Shown: positions 1 through 13,499, counted from the stretch's first letter. The stretch is 64,000 nt of DNA from Octopus bimaculoides (GCF_001194135.2 NC_068998.1:27495610-27559609), one strand, 5' to 3'. Notes: generated by a model from the letters alone, not told the origin. Translations and numbers: made by a program.

Positions 1-748
1 TTATGCTAATGGATCATTAAAGCTGTTGTGTGTATGACCAAGGACAATTGTTATTCCAAACGTAGAAACAAAAAGTAATTATATTAATATAAAATGAAAT
101 GAAACTCAAATTCAGGTTTCTTTAATATCCCCCTTCTTCTTTTATATGTGTGTATATTTACATGTGTGCACAGACCAAGCCAGTTCTTCCTTTATATGTG
201 TACTTGTGTATTTATGTGTGTCCAGACTAAACCTTTAATGCCCCGTTGTGTTGTGCCTTTGAGTAAGACATAAATTTACAAACCTTAATCTGCCTTAACT
301 GATAATTTTCCCTTCCTGTATAATTAAAGTTAGCAAAGACCTGCTGTAAAAATTACTGAATATTCCAACAATTTGTATAATACCCACTTTTGTGTTGCAC
401 CAACTCTTCCATATTGAAAATAAAATTGACTTGTATTTCTAGTTCTGATGGTGGTTTTCAATATTTTATTGATTTAAGGAAGGTGTAGAAGTCTGTAGAA
501 TCGTTAACACACAGGGCAAAATGTTTAGTGGCATTTCATCTGTTTTTACATTCTGAGTTCAAATTCTGCTGAGGTCAACTTTGCCTTTCGTCCTTTCGGG
601 GGCGATAAAATAAGTACCAGTTGAACACTGGGGCTGATGTAATTGACTCTCCCCCACTGTGAAATTGCTGGCCTTGTGCCAAAATTTGAAGTATTTTATT
701 GATATACAGTTTATAGTCTCTATTTAGCAGTTGTTTTCTATTTTTCAG

Positions 749-811
749 GTGAATTCCAAAAAAGGTGAAAATGAAGAATCCCCAGATAAGGAAGAAATTT
801 CTACCTCAGAT
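749..811 (+). CDS. ZFYVE27: ZFYVE27 exon (acidic linker)
   Basis: tttttcag|GTG...GAT|gtaagt; 63 nt, phase 0/0. Least conserved exon; assigned by splice signals and phase. Confidence 0.65.
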
Positions 812-3800
812 GTAAGTTATAAATCGAGTTACAAGAAAGAAGGAATAATTATTGAGTTTTAAGACTGTAGTCAGTATAGATAGAAAATACAAGCCAGCCT
901 TACATCGTTTACTTGAGAAAGCATCAAGCTGTAAAATAATTATTTCCAAAAGGCATAGGTGTGGTTCTATGGTAAGAAGCTTGCTTTCCAACCACATGGC
1001 TTGGGGTTCAGTCTCACTGCATGGCACCTTGAGCAAGTGTCTTCTACTACAGCTTCAGGCCGATCAAAGCCTTGTGTATTTGGTAAGCCGAAAGAAGCCC
1101 ATCATATATACTTATATATCTATGTATGTGTGTCTTTGTGTCTGTCTCCCCCATGACGCCACCACCGCTTGACAATTGGTGTTGGTATATTGACGTCTTT
1201 GCAGCTTAGCAGTTCAGCAAAAGAGATCAATAGAATAAGTACCAGACTTCAAAAGAAAAAATAAATACTGAAGTCAATTCATTCAACTAAAAGTTCTTCA
1301 AGGCAGTGCCCCAGCATGGCCACAGTCTAAAGACTGAAACAAGTACCAGATAATAATAAAAGTAGTAACAAAGAGACAGTCAATAATATGAAGATCAATA
1401 TCTTGCAGTTCTGGAGTCAATTCACGACTGATCAGCCTTTTACCACTTTGACAGAGCTATATGTCAGTGTAGTCTGAACCCTATACTTGATCAAAATTGA
1501 TTGAAGCTAGTCAACTAAAATAGATTAATTTGGAGATCTAACCTACTTCAAGACTACTATTGCTCTATAACTATAAAATGGAGTGAAAAATTATTTATGA
1601 TCTTCTGTTTTCATGTTAACATTGATATTAACTGTTATTTTTATGCAATAATGAAATTTGCAAGCAAATTTATTCTAATGCTACCCATTTTCTCCATAAC
1701 TGGCTGTTATAATTAAAGTAGATTTAAATTTGCTAACCACATTTTTCTTTTAGCTAAGATTATATTGTCTAAGAAAATATTGGAATGAATTAAACGTAAG
1801 TTAAGAGAAAACATACTGAAGAATGAGAGAAAGAGTTGTGTGTATGTATGCACCTACCTGCCCACCCACACATAGGTATTTGTCCAACCTATTGCAGCAA
1901 TGAGAAAATAAAGCAGAGCTGTTGAGAGATTATATTTTAGACAGCAATCATTTTAAGTATTTTAGGTTAATGAAGATATTCGTCTTGGTTATGTTGCAAT
2001 ATACATATTTTAGTGCAGAATTTATACTGAGATATTTTGTCTATGCTTGATTAATATTTGTAAGATATTAAGCTGTCAGCCCTTTAACAGTATGACAAAC
2101 CATTTTGTAGAGACTAATTATATTTAAAGGTTAATTAGAGAATTGTTGAAGCCTTAAACAAAATTCCTGTGTTATTTAGTTACAGCCCTTTATATTCAGG
2201 ATTCAAATACTTTGTCAACTTTGCCTTTGCTCTTTCCAGGCACAATAAAATACAGAACCAGTCATGCTTTAGGGTTGGCTTAATATACCTACAAAACATT
2301 CTAGAGGTGAATGGAACCATACTTTGTACAGACTTCTTTAGAATCATTCTTTCTTTTATTCTTTTACTTGTTTCAGTCATTTGACTGCGGCCATGCTGGA
2401 GCACTGCCTTTAGTCAAACAAATCGACCCTAGTACTTATTCTGTTGGTCACTTTTGCCGAACAGCTAAGTTACAGGGATGTAAACACACCAACATCGGTT
2501 GTCAAGCGATGGAGGGAGGACAAACACAGACATATGCACACATATATACAACAGGCTTCTTTCAGTTTCCATCTACCAAATCCACTCACAAGGCCTTGGT
2601 TGGCCCAAGGCTATAGTAGAAGATACTTGCTCAAGGTGCCCTGCAGTGGGACTGAACCTGGAACTATGTGGTTGGGAAGCAAGCTTCTTACCACACAGCC
2701 ACTCCTGTGCCAATCAGTTGAGGTTTTTTTTTTTCTTATCTTTAATCTCTCAATATTTTTCATTCTAGGGAGAGTTTGACTTTGTGAGTTGTGATTCAGT
2801 CGGTTATGCAGAAAATCGCCATGAGCCTTTGCCTACCAAACCTGGAATGGTGGCACGTTTGATGGAGCTGAAGAAACGCCGACAATATATTGCAAGTGGT
2901 AAGATATATTTTATGTGTCATTTGTCATTCAATGTAAGTAGTGAATCTGATTTAATCAGAGATCTGTTGGCCTACCCTTACATATAATCTCCATCATAAT
3001 CATTATACTTACTGTTGCTTACCATACTAGCATGGGCTGGACAGTTTGACAGGATGCAAAGAGCAGGAGGACCATGTCTTGTTCAAACATCTGTTTTAGT
3101 AGAGATTGTTTTTCTGGATACATTATTACATGATACAACTACTAAAGAGATTGTCTCTGCTCAAGTCACTGACCATTTTACAGAGTGTAAAGGGTCCTTT
3201 TTCTGTCACAACAGTACAACTAACATCACCTTGTAACTTTGTAAGACTAACCCTTTAACATTTAAATCGGCCACATCCAGCTTAAATATTTTGTCTATTT
3301 TATGTTCAACCCAGCCAAATCTGATCTCTCACACCTACCCTACAATGTCATTCTGAAAATGCAATCACATTAATGAACTCTCAAAACTATGAGGTGATAC
3401 CTAATTAATTCAAAACAATGTGAATAAATAAGCTTTACATTTGACAGAAAATCTGAATACTAAAGGGTTAAAGAATTGTCTCATTCCTGACAAGGATGAA
3501 GAATAGGGAAGAGAGAGAGAGAGAAAGAAAGAGTGTGTGTGTGCATGTGGTGTCTTTAGATGCAGTATTGTGGGAAATTAAAGTACAAGAGGAACAGATT
3601 TGTTGTTGCGAGAGAGGGTAGTAGTGAAAGGAATAAAGTTTTCCCAGACACCCATATCATCTCACACTTTGTTTATTACAGGGGCCTGTAATGCTTGTAA
3701 CGTCTCATTTTCTTCCATTCTGAAAAGAAGAGTAAGTATTATGTTTCTCAAATATCTAATTAAATTTTAAAATAAATTTAGATATATCGGTTGCCATGCA

Positions 3801-5929
3801 TTCAGTGAGACTTACTCAGGCGGTAGTGTGTGACTGGATACTCTTCCTGTTGACAATTGTTTTTCTTGCAAGTTATCTTTATACCACAGCTCTTCTTAAC
3901 ACAGTGTCATTGTTGAGCTATGGGATCTGTTGTTTAGAAGACATGTAAACAAGCATAACAACTTTTTCTTAATATATGTCAATATGAAGACATGTTGAAA
4001 CAGCACAAGCAAATACACATACACACGTTTATATGGCATCTTTATCGACATCATCATGTTGCATCTACTTTCTATGCTCTTATGGGTTGGGTGATTTGAT
4101 AGGTTCCAACAGCTTGGAGGGCCATGTCTTATGAAATGTCTATTTCTCAGGCTGGATTTTCTTCCTAACGTCAACCAATGTATCCAGTGTGTGTTGGATA
4201 CATTTTCTCAAGGCACCAACCCTGTATGTTTATCTTTGACTTTGTATTTGCAAAGAATATAAATGTGAGAAATTAGTTCTCTTTGAACAAATTTGAGCAA
4301 GTTCCCGATATATTCTGCCATGGTATTAGAAATACAGTGAACGTTAATTGTCCCATTGGAAATGTATGACTCTTGCAATATAAATTAAAATCTCACACCT
4401 CGACTGACATAAATCAGTTACAATGACAAGGGTTTCTGTTAATCTGATCATCAGAACAGCCTGCTTATGAAATTAACATGCAAGTGGCTGATATGTGTAC
4501 CCTTAACGTAGTTCTCAGATTTATGTACCTTTAACATAGCTCTCGGGGAGATTCAGCATGAGACAGGCTGGCCCTTTGAAATACAGGTACTATTCATTTT
4601 TGCCAACTGAGTAGACTGAAGCAACATAAAATAAAGTGTCTTGCCCAAGGACACAATGTGCTGCCGGTATTTGAACTCACAACCTTACAATCATCAGCCG
4701 AATCCCCTAACCACTACGCCACATGCCTGCCTGCTTCAATACATGCAATTATCCAAACACACACACTATTCACTGAAACATTGGCTCCTAATTTTCAACA
4801 GTCTACTGTTACTTGTATGTACTCTTATCCTGTTTATAATTCAGTGAAATTAATGTTTACAGTTAATCACACACTGAATATTTACACTGTTTTGTCTATT
4901 TCAAACTAATAGCTTTCTACTTTCATTCATTTCCAGTACTACTGTCGTCACTGTGGTAACCACTTCTGTGCTAAATGTTGTGCTCAAAAAGTACCCAAGT
5001 CCTTATTTGGAGCTACAGGTGGGTGATTTTTTTCCAGTTACATCCTTAGTTATGACATACTGATATTTCAGCATCCTTTAATGTCCTGGTAGACTGACTG
5101 ATCTCTTGATTTAGGAATCAAATAATTATTTTATACTTTAGCTCACTTTATCAACATAACACTTCTCAAAAAAAAAAAAAATAATAACACTGTCTTTCTC
5201 ACTTCCATCTTCTGTTCAGAAGGCAATTAATTGTCTCATCACTGTGCATCTTCTTCCTTTACACAAAGGCATTCAGTCAATGCACATTTCAATGTAGCAA
5301 GTTACTTAATCCATTAATGACAGCATATCTTTCTAGATAGGATTTTCTACATATATCACTCCAGGACAGCCTTTATATTCTACCCCAACTGTCTCTTCTG
5401 GCTTTTCGCTATATTAAGGAAGAGGAGCAGCATTCATAACCTTTGTAGGTACTTACAGACAAATGAGATTTGAGGCAGTTGATACTCAGTTTGAATTTTT
5501 TCAAAGGGGACAAGAGATGCAAGGCAGGCACATCAGGTGAGTCAGCATAGAAGTATCCAGCTTGCTAATTCAGTGCAGCAGGGTCCATTATAGTCAGAGT
5601 AAAAGGGATGTGTAAATGAAACAGTACATCTGTGAGCTGCTTCTAACAGATGAACTTCAAAGAACAGAAAAGAAATACTTTGAGCCAGAATAACTAGCAG
5701 TCGAGGTCATGGATAAGGGCAGCTTCTATGTAAAGCATAGGCAGCACCTTTTAGTAAAATCAGTTGATATATATATAATGTTGTCTGGACAGTAGGGATG
5801 TGTAATTTCAGGTGATGGGTAGAGGTAAGATCATACCAGATTCTTTGGATCTTGGTATAAATGTGAAAAAATTGTACAGCAACTAATGATGTCATTAAAA
5901 ATATAAATTAAATCCTATAACAACTACAG

Positions 5930-5964
<35 letters not shown>

Positions 5965-7911
5965 CACACACATAAGTTTTACTATTTCACTCTTCAACAA
6001 TTTATTGATCTTAAAACTATATCTCCCCTACTTCCTATTCTATCACTTCCTAAATAATCTCTCTAGAACTTTGAACTTGCTGCCACCTAAACTTGCTTGT
6101 ACTCTCTCTCTCTCTTCCTTCTATTGTCTCACTTATTAAACCCAAATTATTACACTTTATTGAAATTTTCACTGAAGAACAGCAACTCTAGAATTTTCTA
6201 CATACTTTTAATTCTGCTACTGACATTGAAGGCATATGGCTCAGCGGTTAGAGCGTCAGGCTCACAATCATGAGGTAGTAAGTTCGAATCCTGGACCAAG
6301 CTGTATGTTGTGTTCTTGAGCAAGACACTTTATTTCACATTGCTCCAGTTCACTGAGCTGTAGAAATGAGTTGTGATGTCACGGGTGCCAAGTTGTATTG
6401 GCCTTTACCTTTCCCTTGGATAACATCAGTGATGTGGAGAGGGGAGGCTGGTATGCATGGGCGACAGCTGGTCTTCCATACACAACCTTGCCCGGACTTG
6501 TGCCTCGGAAGGTAACTTTCTAGGTGCAATCCCATGGTCAGTCATGACTGAAGGGGGTCTTTACTCTTTACTGACATTGAAGAGTTCAGCTTGGATATTA
6601 ATTTTTTAAATCTAGCCCAACAGTCTAAAAGAACCTTGAGATCATCATCATCGTTGAACGCCCATCTTCCATGCATGTATAGGTAAGATGGTTGACAGGA
6701 ACCGGCCAGGTAGAAGACTATCCTAGGCTACTGTGTCTGTTTTGGCAGGGTTTTTACGGCTGGATGCCCTTCCTAACACCAACCACTCCACAGAGTGGTC
6801 TCAGTGCTTTATGTAGCACGAGCACAGGCAAGGTCAGTTTTGGCATGATTTTTACAGCTGGATGCCCTTCCAAATGTCCACCACTTTACAATGTGGACTG
6901 GATGCTTTTTATGTGGAACCAGCACTGGCAGGGTCACCAAATAACTTGCAAGACAAGAAATTTTGAAAGGGGCGGGGGAATTGGAGGAGGGGATCTTGTG
7001 TCATCTGATAAAAGGTTAGTGTGACAGAGAAATAGAGAGGCAGAAACAGGTGTCTTGCTATAGCAAGAGGGAGAGGAAGAGAGAGGTACAAGAAAGTGGA
7101 CAGAAACAGGTGTGCTGATGTAAAGGAGATACTTGGTTACCTAGCCAGAGGGAAGAGCAATGGAAAGAGAGAGAGAGTGGGAAGCAGCAAAAGTGCAAGA
7201 GAGAGCAGGAGAGAGAGATGGTGATGAAGTGCCAGGGTATACTCACTAGTAACAAGAATCGGAGCATAGATGTGATCGTAGAGTAAAGAAAAGAAAGATA
7301 AATGGTGACAATTGCTTCAAGAGCTCATAATATATGTGGTCAGGTATTGCCAAGAAGGCACAAGTAGGGAGTGGGGATTGCAGTGACTGGCGAAAGCTAG
7401 GTATAAAGATGGTGGTGGGGGGAGTGAGCAGGGTAGTGAGGGCAGGGAAGAGGAGTGGGAGTTGATCATAGTGTATGAAGAGGAAATGTGAGGAAGAGAA
7501 AGCTGCAGTTTGGTTTCTTGAGGTAGGGTGTGTGAAAAGTTTGTTACATGTGGGTGGAACACAACAATTCTACAACTCAGTTTTGCTGATGTGGGCGGGT
7601 CTTTTCTTGAACCTCATATCACCAAACATCTTGATTCATTGCTATTTCCTCTGTGAGCCCTAACATTCTGAGATGTTCAAAGCATCCAGATTAAATAATA
7701 AAGTGTTAATTCTCTCATTGCATGACTTCTTAGAACCATAATAGTTCAGTAATTAATCAATCAATTGAACAGTTAATGTAGAATAATTATATATAAAATG
7801 ATTTCTCTATTTTTAATTTCAGCTCCTTCAGCTCAAACTGAGACTGTTCTAGTGTGTAATACTTGCTACAATATGCTCATGAAGAAAGAAGATAAAGAAA
7901 AACCAAGCTGA
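749..7911 (+). CDS. ZFYVE27: Protrudin, 3' part (5 exons: 749-811, 2769-2898, 3682-3731, 4937-5018, 7823-7911); 5' exons lie upstream of the window
   Basis: Spliced translation VNSKKGENEESPDKEEISTSD/GEFDFVSCDSVGYAENRHEPLPTKPGMVARLMELKKRRQYIASG/ACNACNVSFSSILKRR/YYCRHCGNHFCAKCCAQKVPKSLFGATA/PSAQTETVLVCNTCYNMLMKKEDKEKPS*. All introns GT-AG with compatible phases (0,1,0,1). The C-terminus matches the human protrudin FYVE as I recall it (CGNSFCSRCCSFKVPKSSMGATAPEAQRETVFVC). Confidence 0.9.
952..1345 (+). mobile_element. tRNA-derived SINE family A. Other copies: 2361-2710(-), 12740-12980(+), 13310-13465(-), 15778-16155(+), 22600-23210(-), 23715-24032(-), 34585-34910(-), 54440-54808(-), 61030-61320(-)
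   Basis: Shared head gtggctgtgtggtaagaagcttgcttcccaaccacatgg...gttcagtcccactg, internal (TA/TG)n, tail gactgaaacaagtaaaaga; visibly repeated in the window. Confidence 0.85.
2769..2898 (+). CDS. ZFYVE27: ZFYVE27 exon (region before FYVE)
   Basis: cattctag|GGA...AGT G|gtaaga; GEFDFVSC...RLMELKKRRQYIAS. Confidence 0.85.
3682..3731 (+). CDS. ZFYVE27: ZFYVE27 exon (FYVE, first CxxC)
   Basis: ttattacag|GG GCC TGT...AGA|gtaagt; ACNACNVSFSSILKRR. Confidence 0.9.
4937..5018 (+). CDS. ZFYVE27: ZFYVE27 exon (FYVE core)
   Basis: ttccag|TAC TAC TGT...ACA G|gtgggt; YYCRHCGNHFCAKCCAQKVPKSLFGAT. Confidence 0.92.
5330..5760 (-). mobile_element. Possible CR1/L2-like LINE 3' relic
   Basis: Minus-strand YNGPCCTELASWI resembles the CR1-type C-terminal YYNG.CS.EL motif. 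Confidence 0.35.
6232..6575 (+). mobile_element. tRNA-head SINE (related head at ~4400-4725, minus strand)
   Basis: A-box tggctcagcggttagagc, B-box gttcgaatcc, followed by gtgttcttgagcaagacactt. Confidence 0.7.
6641..6960. mobile_element. SINE-like family C with (CAT/GAT)n end. Other copies near 14978-15165, 15600-15765, 19585-19800, 22339-22570, 25535-25690, 28815-29010, 29130-29233, 33660-33840, 38715-39050, 56563-56820
   Basis: Recurrent catcatcatcgtttaacgtcc(a/g)ctttccatgct(g/a)gcatggg...gctggatgcccttcctaa(c/t)(a/g)ccaacc; orientation not certain. Confidence 0.75.
7823..7911 (+). CDS. ZFYVE27: ZFYVE27 last coding exon; stop TGA at 7909-7911
   Basis: aatttcag|CT CCT TCA...AGC TGA; PSAQTETVLVCNTCYNML. 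Confidence 0.92.
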
Positions 7912-10900
7912 ATAACTGTTTGGTGACAGCTAGTCATCTGAACTACACACTTTAAGAGCATCAAACACTCCGAGAGAAAACTGTGCTGTCCTAGACTTCT
8001 CCTCAGCCAGACCACAACACCTGCTGCTACAAGCGACACTCACTGTTCTGACAAGAGTATGGACATCAGTATTATTTCAAAGAAGCAGAAAACAATCATA
8101 CTTTCAATTTCCTTCTATTCTTTTCAGTATGGTTTTTCTAATTGTTAAAGTTTTAACTTTAGAGATTCACACATTATTTTTAGTTTTGTGAGTACCCAGT
8201 TTGAAAGGAATGGTCCCAGAGGAATTTAGATCATGTTTCAAAACTTAGTGAGAGGAATTTTTTAAGTTAAAGAAAAAACAGTATTTCTCCTTTATTTTGA
8301 GAGTAGTATGAAAGCAAAACCTAATTTATTTTAAATAACCCTTCCCAACCTATATATGCATCCAGTTTTTGCTTCAGTGCCAATGTAGTTACTCTTTCAT
8401 AAAGAGTTTTATCTTCAGTGTGAAGAATGTTTGCAGTTGGCTAAAATAAAAAGAGATGGGTTATGATTGTTCTATGTGTGAAGAATAGGTTTGAATTGCA
8501 TAACTATACAAATTGCATTTGCTTATATTTGAAGTAGGAGTAACTATTTCATTGATGGAACTGATTAACATAACTCTGTTAATTGAATATTTGATTTGGT
8601 TTCTTCCGCTCAATTACTATTTTAGTAAACTTCCATAAAGTATTAGTCATAAATAAAGGAAAACCTTATAACTATTGTCATAATAGATAACAGTAGATTG
8701 GAAATGCTACAAAAGAAATTCAATATTCAGAGAAACTTAGACATAATCCCAGCTGTTGACCTACAATGAATTACCTTTCTGTAGTTCTGCAGCAAAAAGT
8801 TATATTTAGTTATTAAGTTGTACCAGAGACAGTTAACACAACACTTCATTTTTCTGACATACAAAATACATTTATCCTACATTATTACATTGTGTATGGC
8901 ACAAGTGAATCCAAAATCTTAATCTTTATTGCTTTGACAGCTAATAATTTTGCTACTTAGTAACAAAAATTCAAATCATTATCATCAACAATGTCTTTAT
9001 CTAGCTGTGGTCAAATTTGCCTTTCATCCCAGCCTCTCTTATTTAACATATGCTATTATATTGCTATACTGTCATCTCATCTGTAGAGTCCTATTGCTAA
9101 TGTGAGAAACCATTCTCATTTTAGCCTTATTGCATTAATGCTTCAATGTTTGGATTTATTTGTGCTCTATACTCATAACATTTATGAGATCATTTTATCA
9201 GTGATTTGTCATGTTACTTTTGTCTTGTTCTTTCAAACAAGATCTGAAAATATGAGTGAAAAGTTTCCACTATCTCAGTCACGCAACCATTTAATAATGG
9301 ATAAATTACAATTTTAAATAAATCTCGTTGAGCTTACAGCAATTTTATTAAAGGCAGGGTATATAGCAGATTTCAATAGAACTCAGTATGCGAAATAGGA
9401 TCATTTTGCATAGCTTAAATTCTACAATTGAAAAGTTTAAATTTAAATGTAACTTCTATATTAACAAAGGTCTACAGTTACTAACTAAAGTATATTTCTC
9501 TGTTCCCCACCTCAAGAAATCGTAATGTAAACTTTAAGTATCCCACTAAATTAAGACAGAATTGTTAGTGTGCCAGAATTCTCCTGGCTTTATGTTCTGA
9601 GTTTAAATTCCACCAAGATTAACTTTGCTTTTCATCCTTCCAGGGTTGATAAAATAAGTACCAGTGGAGCACTGGGGTCAATGTGATTGACTAGGGCATA
9701 CTTGACAGAGAACATTTTCTTTCCAAACAATGAATAATCAAATAGAATTAGTTGGTGAGTGAATCATGGAAAATGCTTTTTACTGATGAATCATTATGAT
9801 GATGGTGAAATAGGGATTGATTTCATATATATATGTATATATATATATATATATATATGAGCCGGGGCTAAACTACCTAAAGAATGTTTAGTGATGTACA
9901 TTCAAGCCATAATAAATTTGATATTTAAGGATGAACCCTTTCTTTTAGACTTGCCAACTAGTTTATAAATTATTGTGGAATATGAACACTTTCAATATGA
10001 AAGTATTGGGTTTATATTATCAGCTTAACAAAGAATGTGTTGGTAATTCTGTTTCTAGGGTTACAAGTCCGTCCTGTATAACCATTAAATTCTTCTAAGC
10101 CAACAAAAAGAAAAACAAATTGCTTTATTAAAGTGTATAAGTTATAACCAAATCTTCCAGGTCTTCAACATAATATTTTAAATATACAAAGTGTTTCAGA
10201 GATTTTTAATTCAATTATTCACTATCAGCAACAAGTATTTTTCAAAGTCTTATTTATCAAAACATGTTTTGAGAGGAGGCTGTACAATACATCTAATCCC
10301 CTCTTCAGCATCGTTCTCATTTTCTTCTTACATTGTTGACCTTTCCATAGGAGAAAGTTGACATTAACATTTCATTCTTGATGGGACCATCTCTAACGAA
10401 GCAAAACTGAATTGAAATATTTAAGTTTTCTACCACTCCCTACATCAAGCATCACACAAAATCCTTTACCAAGAATTGCTTTTATCTAGTCTTATTAAAA
10501 TTATGTTGATACTGATAATAAGAAACATGTTTCTAATGTAAAAAACAATCATTCGGTGTTCAAATGGATTCATTTTGTCTTGGTTTCCTTTTTTTAATGG
10601 TCTCAGACTTAATGTGAATTCATTTTATCATGTGACTGGAATGAATTAGAAATATTTCCAAGGAGTTGACTCTTACACAAAAGCTACTGCAATTTTGTGT
10701 TCCAGGACTGAAACTTAAAAGTAATTTTTTTTTTTTTTAATCAAAATCCTCATCACTCAATTGGAGTATAGTCAATTTGTTTAATTTCTGGAAAACATTA
10801 TCTCTAATTTTCAAGGACCATGATTGCAGAAAAAACAAACAAAAAGGAAAAAAAATACAAATTTGATCTGTCTTCCTTCTTGCTATAAACAAATCTTTAA

Positions 10901-11920
10901 CTGAACAAATGACTGCAACATGTTTCTGTGTTTGATGTTGCTCTTTGTGGTGGCTGGTGATAACAAGTAGTCACAATTTTTTTTATTTACAATGTGCAAC
11001 CACATTAGATTGTTGATATTGTGCTGTTATTTTGAAACTCACTTGTTAAATCTATCACCAAAAAGCTACTTTCTTTTTTTTTTTTTTTTCATCTGAAATA
11101 TTCTTATGTAATTTTCCCAAGACTATTGACATTGAGTATTTCACTCTATTTGCAATTGTGATAAACTGTCTTTATTATGTAAATAATAATAATAGAAAGT
11201 TTTATATAGCTCTGAGCATCTTTAAACATTATATTGGATTTGTTTTTATTTTATTCCTTATTTTTTACATTGTTTATCATTTCATTCATACCCAGCCACT
11301 AACTTGTCTTTTAATTATAGAAGTATTCAAATTACACAGCATTAGGATTACAGCTAGCTTGTGAGAATTAATACATACCTACATGTCTTGCTGCAAACAC
11401 TGTTCCTTAATAACTTTCTAATACCCATTTAGTTCCTTTCAAATTTCAGTCCATCATTTTAAAGCCTTTTGTAGTTGTAGCTATTTAAAATTATTCTGCC
11501 AACAGGTGCCATCAATTTGTAAGTGATCTGCACTTTTGTATGCAGCAGTCATTCTCCATATGCCTGAACCAATGCAGTCTCCTCTCTTACACCTAATTCT
11601 GCTTACAAATTTTTTCTTCTTAAGTTTTCAAGCACACTAACACTGAATATCCATTGTAGAATACAAACTTTTCTTTCCAATCTTCATAAATTATCTGAAT
11701 TCAAAGCCCATATCGTGTTACTGTGCTACATTGCAGTTCTAATACAAGCATCATACAATCTGCCCTTAACTCTAAGGAAAAAAAACACTTGACGCCAACA
11801 TTGGTAATGGCTCTCTTAACTTTTTCAAACCTGTTATCCTGTTTACAGAACAACCAACTAATTATGTTTCTTGGCTAATAGTTGCTCTATATTTTAGAGA
11901 TGAGGAATTCTATACATTAT

Positions 11921-12356
11921 TTACATTGGATGGATGTATCCTCATCTTGTCTGTTGTTACCACAACATTTTGGCTGATTTACTCGCCAGCCTTCATCAGG
12001 TGTCCTGGTAGAATTTTGAACCCAACTCTGGGTTCTCATTCCTAAGGTATTTTCTTTTGCTGATATTATTTATTCAAGGCACTACCTGGAATTGAACTTG
12101 GAATCTTGGTTAGTAACCTGTGCTCTTGACCATTATGCTATATGTGCATGGGCATATAGCGTAATGGCTACTAATCCCAAGATTCCAAGTTCAATACCAG
12201 GCAGTGCCTTGAATAAATAACATAAAAAAAAAATACCTTAGGAATGAGAACCCATGGTTGGGTTCAAAATTCTACCAGGACACCTGATGAAGGTTGGCGA
12301 GTAAATCAGCTGAAACATGGTAACAAATAATGAGGAAACATATCCGTCCAATGTAA
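11921..12356. mobile_element. Palindromic element: two head-to-head tRNA-like heads, each followed by a tail with a degenerate hammerhead core
   Basis: ~215-bp arms inverted around ~12147; CTGATGA at 12284-12290(+) and 11993-11999(-). Confidence 0.8.
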
Positions 12357-13499
12357 GTTATAAAAGTTAACAACTATCAAGCCAACTGAGTATTTAACTG
12401 GATCTATTTCCAGTGTGATCATATGCATTGCTCCAGTGTGTTGTCACATGAAGCCTAATTCCTCTGTTAATCTAATCAATGATTCCACCCCACTACACAT
12501 CATGTGTTTATTGAGTACTGGATATGATGTTTCTGAGCCCTGACTTCTTTCTTACTTACTAAAACCTTAGTCTCTCCAAAATTTACTTTGAAGCCTTTCA
12601 AATCTAAGTTTAGTTCGCATGCCTGGAATCCCTAACCCCAATAAGGGTTCAGTTGTGAGAACATGATAATTAACATATAAGAGGAGTTGCTATGGCCAGA
12701 TGGTCGTAAACACCTTCAGTGTGTGCGCGTGTGTTGGGTTTAGTCCCGCTGCATAACACTTAAGGCTCTGTGCTGAGCAGTTTTATGAGTAGATGGCAAC
12801 TGGAAGAAGCCCATCATGAGTGTGTATAAGTCTTTGTGTCTATCCCTGCAATCACTTGACAAATGGTATTGGTTCATTTATGTTCCTGTAACTTTGCAGT
12901 TCAGCAAAAGAGACCAATAGAATAAGTACCAGACTTCCCCTAGTATGGTCAAAGTCCAATGAATGAAACAAGTAAAAGAAAAAAACATGTATCAGCATCA
13001 TTTTCATAATTACTTCCTAAACATTACAGGGGTCAAACAAAAGTATGTTTGATCAGAAAGCCTTCTGGTTGCTACTCACTTTCTACACTTGTTTCCAAAT
13101 GAGGTAATAACCTCCCAGTCTAAAAACAACAGGTAAGTGTGGAGATAAACAACAAGATAGGAATGAGCCTTTTGCTCAAAGATTGCACATGTCCTGATAT
13201 ACTCAGAAGCCTGATGTACTTTTACAATTGAATGCAAGCAAATGACACCATCAAGGAAGCCATTGTTTACAGCCATCAATGAGGGGAGGTATGTACTTAT
13301 GCAAACACACATACATATGCATATGACAAGCTTCTCTCAGTTTCCATCCACTTGCAAGGCTTTACTCATTGTGGACTATAGTAGAAAACCTGTCCAAGTT
13401 AACATACAGTGGCACTAAGCCTGGAAGCAGGTGGTTGGGAAACAAACTTTACTACACAGCCACATATCAGGTATACTTAGCAGAGAGAGAAGGAGGGAG

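Noticed and set aside
6232-6305. tRNA-like sequences here and at 12080-12210
   Set aside because: SINE heads with disrupted stems and attached SINE bodies, not functional tRNA genes.
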